Part shown: positions 19,535 to 29,666 of the stretch, piece by piece
How positions within the stretch are numbered: the first letter of the stretch is position 1
Layout of the letters: every line of letters starts with the position of its first letter
IMG/VR virus record: IMGVR_UViG_3300042878_001341
Span: 1 to 64,000 of that record
DNA from: a virus
Strand: one strand, 5' to 3'
Length of the DNA stretch: 64,000 nt
Notes under the pieces: generated by a model
Seen by the model: the letters and a program-made list of their open reading frames with translations, nothing else
What the model was told of the DNA's origin: nothing
Database searches by the model: none
Program-made: the position numbers and the translations under genes

Positions 19535-22500
19535 AGGTGAAAACATATTAGTGGAATTTGATTATGACAACATTACCTTAATAGATCCAAACAAAATTGT
19601 AGACAATGAAGGTAAAGTTAGTGATAGATTAGTTAAACATGAGAACCTTGTGTTCTATGCAAATCTTGAGTGTAACGTATTACCAAGAACTAAATTGGCG
19701 TTAGGGTCGGCATTAAACGATTCTATTAGAACAGTTTCCGTTGGTAAGATCAATTTCTTAAATCCGGGTAATAAAACCTTTTTAGATAATAGATATACCG
19801 ATGAGATTACGGGTAAAGGATCCGTACAGGGTAAAGGTGTAAACCAACCTAAATTAAATGCGGTTCAAAACCCAAACAAATCTGATGATTTTTATCTTAC
19901 ACAGAGTACATATTCAAACGGAACTCCTGGTGCGGTTGATAATGGTTTATTAGGTATAACCGATATACAGGTTGCAATTGACACAAGTTTCTTACCTACG
20001 GTGACAGTTAACTTAACCGATGTTAAGGGTAGAGCGTTGTTTGAAGGTGGTAATAATTCACCATATTCTGCGTTTTTCCAATTACCATACCCAATGTTTT
20101 ATTTAACATTAAAGGGGTATTATGGTAAGGCGGTTAGATTGCCATTAATGTTACAATCGTTTACATCAAACTTTGACAATACGACTGGTAACTTTAAGAT
20201 TGTATTGAAATTTTTTGGATACAAATATACGGTAATGTCATATGTTAATTGGGGGGCAATGATGGCGGTCCCACATATGTACAATAATTTTGTGTCAACC
20301 GTACAATCAATTACAAATACTCCGGCAGCAACAAACCTTGAGGTAGTAACTGCAAAACCTGTGAGTAGAGGATTTCAAAAAATGAAAGAATTATATTCTG
20401 AATATAAAGCCAAAGGTTTGGTTGATGATGATTTCCCTGAGATTACAATCACACAATTAAAGGCTCGTTTAGATAGATTTATAAAAAACATATTAGAAAA
20501 ATTCACTAAAGAAAATTTGGGAGTTTTAACTGAGTTGGATAATTTCCAAACACAATTAACCGAGTTTCAAAAAAAGGTATTCTTTTATGGAGATTCATGG
20601 TTTGAAACATATATGGATAAAACCAATTCATATAGTTTAAAGGATACTAAGGAGGTTGTTTACACTTTCAAAAAAGAATATTCTGATCCTAATAAACAAG
20701 CTGAGGCTCAAACCAAATTAAGTGGGATATTCACTGAATATCAAAAACTTTTTGAAAGTAATAGTGTTGCGGGTAAAAATGGTAGTTATACCGTTGGTGG
20801 TAAAACAACAAAAAGTGAGGTACCTGTAAATGCAACCGTGGAAAAATGTGAAGCAAAAATTAATCCACTTACGGATATTGATTACGCAAAAACATATGAA
20901 GAAAGAAATGGTAAACCCGCAAAAACACAAATAGAATTAGATACATTCATTGCATCTAATGGGGTTCCACCTAATACTAAATTTTTTGTATTTGAGGGTG
21001 TGGATCACTTTATTGACATTACTGAAAAATCTGCAAAAGACTCATCAACTCTTAGAAGACAAATTGAAGAAAAAATATCTGAAAATCTTAACGAACAATT
21101 AAGTAATAAAGAAACGGGTGTTGGATTTAAACCTTCAATTAGAAATATATTGGCAGTTTTCTTTGCTCAAGGAGAGGCGTTCATCCGATTAATGGATGAT
21201 GTACACTCAAAGGCTTGGGATATAAGGGAAAATAAATATAGACAACAAGCAATATTTGGAAGTAACAGTAGTGCTCAAAGTGTTGATGTTAAATCTTCCA
21301 CTCAAAATAATGAACCAATATATCCATGGCCTCAAGTCATAAGAGAAACATTAGGTGATGACAAACAAGAAAAGTTTGAAATTGTTTACCCTGGTGATAA
21401 ATCAATTGCTACTATGACAAAGGCTTATATACCTGAGATATGGCCTGAGGTTGAATTTGTGGAAGAGTTTATTAAAGGTTATGTGGATAGAGAGCCTAAA
21501 AATCCTGACTACGGTGATGAATCAAATGTATTAACAAAACCTAGTAGGTTAAGTTTAAATGCTCTTGATTTTCCTGTAACAAACGAAATATTCCAAAACA
21601 AAGAAGAGATTAAATTCTTTTATGAAATATATGAAAGAGTTATGGTTAATACCTATTACTCTAAATTAAATAGACAATCAGGGTATGATGCTAGTATATT
21701 CATGGTTGAGGCTGAGGACGAAAAAATCAATATATTAAAAAGTTTGGGTAATGATAATCCATTTTTAACTCAAAAATTAAAACAATATTTAATTGATCAA
21801 AATAATTTCTTAACATTCTTAAGACATATTTCAAATCAAGGTGAGGGTGAAAGTTGGCAAAAATTCATAAGAGGTGAGTTTACAATTAATTATATTAAGA
21901 ACAAAACCAATACACCATTTGAGTTATTTAATCAGGAAATTCTAACAAATGAAAGATCACAACCTGATGTTTCATTAACCGATGAATCTAAAATAATTGA
22001 TTATATTGGGAACCAAACATCAAGTAATGAATTTGATTTTTCCGATATGTACCCGATTACTAATTTTGATTGGTGTAAAAATTATCTTGCGGATGGAAAA
22101 GCATTACAAAATGTAAATTTGGCTTACAACACTAAAGATGTATTATCTTACAATACGACTCATAAGACTATATGTAATTTTAAAAACGACGACACTAACG
22201 ATAAGAAAAGACCTATAACTAATTTTAATTATAAAGCGGATGTGTTTAGTCAAAATATTGATACATCTAATTTCAAAACATTCTATAATAATAGAAAAAT
22301 TGAAGAACAATTTACAACTGAAGGTAATTTAAATTACTCTAACTATGATGGTTTTGTAACGGATACTCAAACGACCTCAATATTGAATACTCCTTATTTT
22401 ATAAACGCAATACAAAGTGGTGTATATAATTTTAGATATAAATCTGATGATTTAGCATCGTATAAACAGGCGGCATATCTATTCTTGAATAGTTTACCAT

Positions 22501-25500
22501 TAGCGAGTCTTAGAGAAAAATATAGGTCATACAATGAACCTAATGATTTAAGTTATATACTATCAACAATTAAGAAATTCGGGGCGGTACATAAATTACC
22601 ATACGCTTGGATTGTTAAATACGGATCAATTTGGCATAGATACAAAACTTGGAATGAAAAAGGTATTGATATGTTGGATGAGGTTTGGACTGATTTTAAT
22701 TATTTAGGTAATTATGATCCTGTTACTTCAGCGTCTACAAAGGTATATAGTTTAAACATTGAAGGATTCCAAAATAATATTGTCTTGGAAGACACGGTAA
22801 CTGCAACACCAAATTTGGTCACATATAATTCAACAACAATGAACACAGGGTTCTACCCTAAGTTGTATGATGATATGAATGTATTTCTACAAGGATTACA
22901 ACTATTTTCAGGTGTCACACAATTAAATGGTACTTGTACTATTACAGGTACAACAATGGATGTTTTAACTATTAACGATAATAATTTGGCACCTGGTTTA
23001 GTATTAGCGGGACCAAACATTGAAGTTGGAACAACAATAGTGTCACAAGTTACCGGTAATACAGGAGGTATTGGACAATATATTGTTGATATATCACAAG
23101 ATTCCCTAAGTAATGTGTTTTATGTTACCAACTCGGCAACAGGTGGGTATTCACAAACTGAAATACAAGGGTTAATTAATGATGGTAAGTTAGTGATGAC
23201 CACAAATTCATTGGGTAAGATTATTGAAATAAGTGGTTTTGATCCTAACGATAATGATAGGTCGTTAAAAATAACCCCTTGGTCAACAATTGTTAAAACA
23301 ACTGAAGGTGATAAATATTTTGTAATGCCGTCTTTTGGTTATACAAAAAATCAAACAAGAGATGAGTGTTTTAAGAATAACAAATTAAAAGTTGAGGTTT
23401 CAAGTAACCCTGCGGTGTTTAACGGATCGGTTAGATTATTTTGGGGAGCACCTAATTACGGGTATTTTGATAATACAAAAATTTCAAAACCAAATCCTGA
23501 TTCATACTTAAAAGAAATATTGTCAGATAAGAAAATACAACAGAACTTTTCATTAAATGGGGATAACACAAAATACAATAAGATATCTGAAATGTTCACA
23601 ACATTTGATACGGAAGTATTAGATTACTTTGAACAAGAGTTCTTGAATTTTAGTAGATCAATTTACGATTATAATACATTAGTTCCAAGTGATAAAGATG
23701 TTGAAACAGAATCTGAAAGATCATATAAGAACTTCCAATTGTTAATGAGAGAATTATTGGTTGTTGAAAAACCGTCAACTCTTAATTCTGAGGGGATGAT
23801 TAATTCGGTAATTGAAAAACAAAAATCAACTTTCCAAGGAATATTAACTAATTTCTTAGAGTATAATGTTGTATTAAAGATGGGTAATCCTTCTATGTTT
23901 GATAGAAGAACATTCTTAACCTTCTCAACTAAATTCTTAATTGATCCTGTATCATACCAAGGATATAATCAAGGGACAACAGGTGGTTTACCGTCAAATG
24001 GTGGGACAATTACATTGGCCCAATCAAAAAGTGAAAACCCTGAAACATGGAAAGCGTTAGAGAAATATGTAGGGTTTTCTGAAATACCAGAATTAGTGTA
24101 TTCAGACAATGGATCATATATTACTGACTTCTTTATTGATTTGAATGTTCAGTTTACTGAGAAAAATGTTAAAGATTTTGCTCCGTTGATTATGTTATAT
24201 GCAACACAAAAACTTAATAATTTTGAAATCCCAACAAATAATGTTGTTATTCCAAACCCTGTTCCGACACCTGCACCAAGTCCTCAAACACCTGGTGATT
24301 TATTAACGGTTGTAACACTTAAAGATACTAAAACAATTTCGGTATATAAATTTGGGACACAAAAATATGGTGTTTATAAAGACGCAACAGGAACAATTAT
24401 TTATACTGGGCCGACACAAAATGCGTTTCAATATCCTTTAAATAGTACAATAGTTGATCAAATTATTATAATTCAATATGATGCTTTAGCAACAACTCCT
24501 AATGATAATCAATTTATTATTAGTACTGTTAATATAACACCTTCACAAGTTACAACAACCACAACTACCCTTCCTATTGTTCAAAATTTAGGTAATAGTG
24601 TTGATGGTGTTAAGTTTTATGGTCTTATGGATCAATACCTTGATAAATCTGAAACTTATCTTAAAAATGTTATTTCTAATTTAATGACAGGTGTGAGAGC
24701 CGGATTACCAAGTATTACAATTGAAGGAGATAAAGGTAATAGAGCTCAACTTGAGGGAGAACAAACACGAGTTGAAATATGGGAAACATTTAAAGCATTC
24801 AATGACACATGGGTTGCAGGCGGAGACTTTAAATCAAAAACATTATTTGAAGATGTTCTATTATTTGATAGAGCAAGTAGAGATGTTGGTCAAAAAGTAT
24901 ATGTAGATATCTTTAAGGTTAAGGATTTAATTGAGGGATCTCTAACAAAGAATAATATGTTAGACATTATCTCAACAATACTTACGGAAAATAATTTTAC
25001 TTACTTCCCATTACCCGCTTACGCTAATTTTTATAACGCACAAGATGCCGAAAAGAATCCTGTACCAAGAAGTGAAGGGTCAACTGAGTTCGCAAATTCA
25101 TTTTGGGGAACGTTCTTAAATGTGGATTACAGAAACACATCACCTAAGTTCTTATGTTACTACGCAAACAAACCTAGTCAGTATGTGGACATGAAAGATA
25201 ATGTTGATTATAGATTTAGAGATGACGCTTTTGATCTTAGGAGAGCAAGTGACAATCCATTAGTTGAAAACCAATCAAATAAAAAGAATTGGGATAAATC
25301 AAATAAAGTGGTTGGTTTTAATATTGATATTAGTAATCAAAATCAGCAAATATTTAAAAACTTTAGTGTTGGTCAAGATGTTGGTAAACCTACTGCGGAA
25401 TCTTTGGAAATGTTAAATCAAATGGCTAACCAAAGTAGAAATAGAAGTACAGGTTCTCAAAACGTATCGTTATATAACCTTTATAGAAATAGAAGTTACG

Positions 25501-26432
25501 AATGTTCTGTTGATATGTTAGGTAATGCTTTAATACAACCAATGATGTATTTTAATGTGAGAAACATACCTATGTTCTCAGGACCATATATGATTACATC
25601 TGTAACACATCAAATTAGTGACGGAGATTTCAGTACAACATTTAAAGGTACAAGACAACCTTTTTATAGTTTACCTAAAATTGATAATTTTATTCAATCA
25701 TTAAGTTTAAATATTATTTCTAAATTACAAGAACAAATTAAATCAAATGAAGAAAAGACAAAATTATCAAGTGATAATGTGATATTCCAAAAAAACAATG
25801 TAATTTCAAATGTAACTGGTACTGATACAATAACTAAGAATCAAGATTGTTCAGATAAAATTAATAGTGGTTATGTTGGATATACACCTTTAGATAATCC
25901 GGCAATAACACAACTTTCATATAAAGATTTTAAAAAATTACTTGAGGATAGGATTGTTGCTAGTGGTATACCAAAAGAAACTACAAGTAATGGCGTAACA
26001 ACCATAAGTGATACTTTCTTAAAATTATCGGGATTTTTATTCTCGTTTATATATTTAGATTCGGCATCATCAAGTGGTTTAAAAGCGTATGAGAATAATT
26101 ATAGTACAATAAATTTAACTGAAACTTATGGGGCAATACTATCAACTACTGCTAATAAAAAATTCTATTGTGTATCAAGAGGTACTAATTTGAATATACC
26201 TGTGGTGTCATTTATATCTGCAGAAAAATTTGTGGATTTTGCTATTGCTAAATTTAAAGATAAACTATCTTTAATAAAAACGGCTAGCGATGAAGAGATT
26301 GTCCAATTATATGTTACTAAGTATCCTAACACCCAACCTGATAATGTTTATACTGAAATGACAGAACAAGATAAAAATACATTAAAAAATAAAGTAAAAC
26401 AGTCGGTAGATATATATAACTCATTAAATTAA
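19524..26432 (+). CDS. Very large baseplate hub protein (gp27/late-control-D-like termini)
   Basis: N-terminal LGITDIQV...VTVNLTDVKG. C-terminal RSYECSVDMLGNALIQPMMYF...FSGPYMITSVTHQIS...TTFKGTR, typical of hub proteins. Confidence 0.6.
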   Translation: MVDKGENILVEFDYDNITLIDPNKIVDNEGKVSDRLVKHENLVFYANLECNVLPRTKLALGSALNDSIRTVSVGKINFLNPGNKTFLDNRYTDEITGKGSVQGKGVNQPKLNAVQNPNKSDDFYLTQSTYSNGTPGAVDNGLLGITDIQVAIDTSFLPTVTVNLTDVKGRALFEGGNNSPYSAFFQLPYPMFYLTLKGYYGKAVRLPLMLQSFTSNFDNTTGNFKIVLKFFGYKYTVMSYVNWGAMMAVPHMYNNFVSTVQSITNTPAATNLEVVTAKPVSRGFQKMKELYSEYKAKGLVDDDFPEITITQLKARLDRFIKNILEKFTKENLGVLTELDNFQTQLTEFQKKVFFYGDSWFETYMDKTNSYSLKDTKEVVYTFKKEYSDPNKQAEAQTKLSGIFTEYQKLFESNSVAGKNGSYTVGGKTTKSEVPVNATVEKCEAKINPLTDIDYAKTYEERNGKPAKTQIELDTFIASNGVPPNTKFFVFEGVDHFIDITEKSAKDSSTLRRQIEEKISENLNEQLSNKETGVGFKPSIRNILAVFFAQGEAFIRLMDDVHSKAWDIRENKYRQQAIFGSNSSAQSVDVKSSTQNNEPIYPWPQVIRETLGDDKQEKFEIVYPGDKSIATMTKAYIPEIWPEVEFVEEFIKGYVDREPKNPDYGDESNVLTKPSRLSLNALDFPVTNEIFQNKEEIKFFYEIYERVMVNTYYSKLNRQSGYDASIFMVEAEDEKINILKSLGNDNPFLTQKLKQYLIDQNNFLTFLRHISNQGEGESWQKFIRGEFTINYIKNKTNTPFELFNQEILTNERSQPDVSLTDESKIIDYIGNQTSSNEFDFSDMYPITNFDWCKNYLADGKALQNVNLAYNTKDVLSYNTTHKTICNFKNDDTNDKKRPITNFNYKADVFSQNIDTSNFKTFYNNRKIEEQFTTEGNLNYSNYDGFVTDTQTTSILNTPYFINAIQSGVYNFRYKSDDLASYKQAAYLFLNSLPLASLREKYRSYNEPNDLSYILSTIKKFGAVHKLPYAWIVKYGSIWHRYKTWNEKGIDMLDEVWTDFNYLGNYDPVTSASTKVYSLNIEGFQNNIVLEDTVTATPNLVTYNSTTMNTGFYPKLYDDMNVFLQGLQLFSGVTQLNGTCTITGTTMDVLTINDNNLAPGLVLAGPNIEVGTTIVSQVTGNTGGIGQYIVDISQDSLSNVFYVTNSATGGYSQTEIQGLINDGKLVMTTNSLGKIIEISGFDPNDNDRSLKITPWSTIVKTTEGDKYFVMPSFGYTKNQTRDECFKNNKLKVEVSSNPAVFNGSVRLFWGAPNYGYFDNTKISKPNPDSYLKEILSDKKIQQNFSLNGDNTKYNKISEMFTTFDTEVLDYFEQEFLNFSRSIYDYNTLVPSDKDVETESERSYKNFQLLMRELLVVEKPSTLNSEGMINSVIEKQKSTFQGILTNFLEYNVVLKMGNPSMFDRRTFLTFSTKFLIDPVSYQGYNQGTTGGLPSNGGTITLAQSKSENPETWKALEKYVGFSEIPELVYSDNGSYITDFFIDLNVQFTEKNVKDFAPLIMLYATQKLNNFEIPTNNVVIPNPVPTPAPSPQTPGDLLTVVTLKDTKTISVYKFGTQKYGVYKDATGTIIYTGPTQNAFQYPLNSTIVDQIIIIQYDALATTPNDNQFIISTVNITPSQVTTTTTTLPIVQNLGNSVDGVKFYGLMDQYLDKSETYLKNVISNLMTGVRAGLPSITIEGDKGNRAQLEGEQTRVEIWETFKAFNDTWVAGGDFKSKTLFEDVLLFDRASRDVGQKVYVDIFKVKDLIEGSLTKNNMLDIISTILTENNFTYFPLPAYANFYNAQDAEKNPVPRSEGSTEFANSFWGTFLNVDYRNTSPKFLCYYANKPSQYVDMKDNVDYRFRDDAFDLRRASDNPLVENQSNKKNWDKSNKVVGFNIDISNQNQQIFKNFSVGQDVGKPTAESLEMLNQMANQSRNRSTGSQNVSLYNLYRNRSYECSVDMLGNALIQPMMYFNVRNIPMFSGPYMITSVTHQISDGDFSTTFKGTRQPFYSLPKIDNFIQSLSLNIISKLQEQIKSNEEKTKLSSDNVIFQKNNVISNVTGTDTITKNQDCSDKINSGYVGYTPLDNPAITQLSYKDFKKLLEDRIVASGIPKETTSNGVTTISDTFLKLSGFLFSFIYLDSASSSGLKAYENNYSTINLTETYGAILSTTANKKFYCVSRGTNLNIPVVSFISAEKFVDFAIAKFKDKLSLIKTASDEEIVQLYVTKYPNTQPDNVYTEMTEQDKNTLKNKVKQSVDIYNSLN

Positions 26433-26470
26433 TTTTATTGAATAACCAGATATTTATAAATAAAACTATT

Positions 26471-26695
26471 ATGAACACAAAATTAATATTAGACAACTAC
26501 TTGGGTAAAAACACAAGAGTGTCAGAAAAAGATAAAGGTAATGGTTACAAAGAAGTTTGTGACTTAGATACTGGAGATTGTTATACACTAAGAATAAAAG
26601 ACGGATTAATTGAAAGAGTTGATAACACTATGAACACATTCAAAAAAATCCAAGTTGAGACTAAATCAGGAATTAAACAATTATTAAACGGATAA
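26471..26695 (+). CDS. Hypothetical protein
   Basis: Likely start ATG 26471, 13 nt after TATTTAT (26451-26457). Contains VCDLDTGDCY. Confidence 0.6.
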   Translation: MNTKLILDNYLGKNTRVSEKDKGNGYKEVCDLDTGDCYTLRIKDGLIERVDNTMNTFKKIQVETKSGIKQLLNG

Positions 26696-26697
26696 CC

Positions 26698-27369
26698 ATG
26701 GCTATAGATCAAAAAATTTTAAATGAAATAAGTAGATTTAATTCTATTAACAAATACATAATGGAACAAGGTGATCCAGCTTTGGACCCTACAATTGCGC
26801 CACCTGTTGACCCCGCTGCGGCACCACCTGTTGACCCTGCTGCGGCACCTGTTGATCCTGCTGCGGCACCCGCAGACCCTAATGCAGTTGCACCGATTCC
26901 ACCAGCAGCACCTATTGATATCTCAAACGATCCTGAGGTTGAAGAACTTGGTGATGAAGGTGAGGAAGAAGGAAACAAAGAGGAATTAGATGTTACTGAT
27001 TTGGTTGCAAGTCAAAAAAACATGGAACAAAAACAAGAAGAATATTTTGATAACTTGTTTAGTCAATTAAAAACTCTTGAGGAAAAATTAGGTGAGATGG
27101 ATAATTTAGTTACTACTATTAACAACTTAGAGGCTAAGTTTGATAAATTTAGACCAAAAACCCCACAAGAAAAATTAGAATTGAGAAGTTTGGACTCAGG
27201 GCCATTTAATCAAAAACTATCTGATTTCTTTGAAGATAAAGAACCTGATATGGAAAAATCAGGTAAAAATGAATATGTTTTAACAACTGATGATGCTACT
27301 AATTACTCTACAAATGATATTGAAACATCATTTAACAACTACGACGACGAGAACACAAATATGATGTAA
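26698..27369 (+). CDS. Acidic Pro/Ala-rich coiled-coil protein (possible internal head / scaffold-like protein)
   Basis: KILNEISR leader, PPVDPAAA repeats, acidic tract and a heptad-like region. Confidence 0.55.
   Translation: MAIDQKILNEISRFNSINKYIMEQGDPALDPTIAPPVDPAAAPPVDPAAAPVDPAAAPADPNAVAPIPPAAPIDISNDPEVEELGDEGEEEGNKEELDVTDLVASQKNMEQKQEEYFDNLFSQLKTLEEKLGEMDNLVTTINNLEAKFDKFRPKTPQEKLELRSLDSGPFNQKLSDFFEDKEPDMEKSGKNEYVLTTDDATNYSTNDIETSFNNYDDENTNMM
26798..26880 (+). repeat. Short coding tandem repeat (P)PVDPAAA, about 21-24 bp units
   Basis: CCTGTTGA(C/T)CC(C/T)GCTGCGGCA is repeated three times. Confidence 0.8.
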
Positions 27370-27375
27370 TACTAT

Positions 27376-27409
27376 GAGGGGGACATCTTTGTCCCTCTCT
27401 ACTTTTTTT
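27376..27409 (+). terminator. Rho-independent terminator
   Basis: GAGGGGGACA-TCTT-TGTCCCTCTC stem followed by a T run. Confidence 0.7.
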
Positions 27410-27419
27410 AAAAACCTTA

Positions 27420-27448
27420 TTGACTACACTACTTTTTATAACTATATT
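27420..27448 (+). promoter_or_regulatory. Sigma70-like promoter upstream of SSB
   Basis: TTGACT (27420-27425), 17-nt spacer, TATATT (27443-27448). Confidence 0.65.
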
Positions 27449-27480
27449 TTCTACGTAAACCTTTAATAAATATATATACA

Positions 27481-28344
27481 ATGGCGACAAACAATGTTTT
27501 AGATGCGGTTTTGGCTCAGTATGAGAGTTCAAAACAAAGTGGTTCTTCTTCCACTTCAAAATTCACACAAGAAGAAAGAATGAAAAAGTATTTCGCAGCA
27601 ATTCTTAAAGATAGCGAAAAACAAGGACAAAGAAAAATCCGTATTTTACCAACCACTGATGGATCATCTCCTTTTAAGGAAGTTTGGTTCCACGAAATCA
27701 ATGTTGATGGTAAATGGCAGAAGTTCTATGATCCAGGAAAAAATGACAACGAACGTTCACCTTTAAATGAGGTATACGATGAGTTAATGTCAACAGGTCG
27801 TGAATCTGACAAACAATTGGCGACACAATATAAAGCTCGTAAGTTTTATATCGTAAAAGTAATTGACCGTGACCATGAAGAAGACGGAGTTAAGTTTTGG
27901 AGATTCAAACACAATTATAAACAAGAAGGAATCCTTGATAAAGTTATTCCAATTTGGAAGGCAAAAGGTGATGTGACTGACTCTGATAAAGGTCGTGACT
28001 TGATCCTTGAACTTACAAAGGCAAAGACACCAAAAGGTGCAACATATACGGTTATTCAAACTGTTATGTATGACGATCCAACACCTACACATGAAGACGC
28101 TGAACAGGCATCTACTTGGATCAACGATGAGTTGACTTGGGAGGACGTGTATTCTAAAAAACCTGTTGAATATCTTGAAGCGATTGCAAGAGGTGAAACT
28201 CCACGTTGGGACACTGACGCAGGAAAATACATTTACTCAAATAACCAAGAAGAAGAGATTTCTATGGGTGGAAGTGTAAAGTCTGAAAGTAAAAAATCTG
28301 ATCCTCAATCTAACGATGAGGTGGACGAAGATTTACCATTCTAA
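27481..28344 (+). CDS. Single-stranded DNA-binding protein (T4 gp32-like)
   Basis: IRILP...PFKEVWFH, VKVIDRD..EDGVKFWRF, GRDLIL and an acidic C-terminal tail ending DEDLPF. Confidence 0.85.
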   Translation: MATNNVLDAVLAQYESSKQSGSSSTSKFTQEERMKKYFAAILKDSEKQGQRKIRILPTTDGSSPFKEVWFHEINVDGKWQKFYDPGKNDNERSPLNEVYDELMSTGRESDKQLATQYKARKFYIVKVIDRDHEEDGVKFWRFKHNYKQEGILDKVIPIWKAKGDVTDSDKGRDLILELTKAKTPKGATYTVIQTVMYDDPTPTHEDAEQASTWINDELTWEDVYSKKPVEYLEAIARGETPRWDTDAGKYIYSNNQEEEISMGGSVKSESKKSDPQSNDEVDEDLPF

Positions 28345-28353
28345 TTAAACTTT

Positions 28354-28392
28354 AACATAGGCACTTGGTATGACTGAGTGTCTATGTTTTTT
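28354..28392 (+). terminator. Hairpin / probable terminator after SSB
   Basis: AACATAGGCACTTGGT...ACTGAGTGTCTATGTT stem followed by a T run. Confidence 0.65.
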
Positions 28393-28405
28393 AAAATCAA
28401 AACAA

Positions 28406-28636
28406 ATGAGTAAAATTGCAGAAAAAATGTATGAGGCATTGTCCTTAAAATATCGCAGTGAAATTGCGGAATCCGAAGCAACATTGTTAATTTATTTAAC
28501 TACACCTGTTGGTATTGGTGAACACCCACAACATCTTGAAGAGATGGATAAATTAGTAGAAAAATTCGCAAATGCTCAAGATAAACTTGAGTCATTGGAA
28601 AAAATTCGTAAGTATAATTCAACAATAACACAATAA
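28406..28636 (+). CDS. Conserved small hypothetical protein (GIGEHP motif)
   Basis: Likely start MSKIAEK at 28406, since the ORF-track start lies inside the terminator hairpin. PVGIGEHPQHLEEMDK motif. Confidence 0.65.
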   Translation: MSKIAEKMYEALSLKYRSEIAESEATLLIYLTTPVGIGEHPQHLEEMDKLVEKFANAQDKLESLEKIRKYNSTITQ

Positions 28637-28637
28637 T

Positions 28638-29645
28638 ATGGCACTTAAAAAGAATGACTTTAGTTCAGTAAAGAAGAAATTCTCAACTTCAGCAAAGTAC
28701 AAACCACAGAGATTTTTTGATTTAGGTGAACCATTCTTAGATGCCGTTGGTCTACCTGGTCCTGCAATGGGACACATTAATATGTTCTTGGGTCACTCAG
28801 ATACGGGAAAAACAACTGCATTGGTAAAGACTGCGGTTGATGCTCAGAAAAAAGGTATTTTACCTGTGTTTATTATCACAGAACAAAAATGGTCTTTTGA
28901 TCACGCAAAACTAATGGGGTTTGAATGTGATGAGGTAGTTGATACGGAAACAGGAGAATTGGAATGGGATGGTTTTTATATCTTTAACAATAACTTTGAC
29001 TACATTGAACAAATAACTGACTATATTAATAGTTTATTAGATGCACAAGAAAAAGGTGAATTAGATTATTCATTATGTATCATGTGGGATTCAGTTGGTT
29101 CTGTTCCTTGTAAGATGACTTATGAAGGTAAAGGTGGTAAACAACACAACGCATCCGTATTGGCGGATAAAATTGGAATGGGAATAAATCAACGTATTTC
29201 AGGATCTCGTAAATCAGATTCAAAATTTGAAAATACGTTAATCATTGTTAATCAACCTTGGGTTGAGTTACCTGACAATCCATTCGGACAACCTAAGATT
29301 AAAGCAAAAGGTGGTGAGGCAATTTGGTTAAACTCTTCATTGGTATTCTTATTTGGAAACCAAAAGGGAGCGGGAACAACTAAGATCACTGCAACCAAAG
29401 ATAAGAGAACGGTTAAGTTCGCATCAAGAACAAAAGTATCCGTTATGAAAAATCACATTAATGGACTTGGGTTTGAAGATGGTAAGATTATCGTAACTCC
29501 ACATGGATTTTTACCAGGTAAAGACACAACTGAAGAGAAGGCATCTATTGAACAATACAAAAAAGAATATGCTGAGTATTGGAAAGATGTGATTGGAGTT
29601 GATGGTGAGTTTGATTTAAGAGCGGAAAGAGAAGAAGCAGAGTAA
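28638..29645 (+). CDS. uvsX: RecA/UvsX-like recombinase
   Basis: Walker A GHSDTGKT, Walker B-like IMWDSVG, IVNQ, KAKGGEA and KNHING. Confidence 0.85.
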   Translation: MALKKNDFSSVKKKFSTSAKYKPQRFFDLGEPFLDAVGLPGPAMGHINMFLGHSDTGKTTALVKTAVDAQKKGILPVFIITEQKWSFDHAKLMGFECDEVVDTETGELEWDGFYIFNNNFDYIEQITDYINSLLDAQEKGELDYSLCIMWDSVGSVPCKMTYEGKGGKQHNASVLADKIGMGINQRISGSRKSDSKFENTLIIVNQPWVELPDNPFGQPKIKAKGGEAIWLNSSLVFLFGNQKGAGTTKITATKDKRTVKFASRTKVSVMKNHINGLGFEDGKIIVTPHGFLPGKDTTEEKASIEQYKKEYAEYWKDVIGVDGEFDLRAEREEAE

Positions 29646-29666
29646 GAACCTTTGGTAAAAAATATA

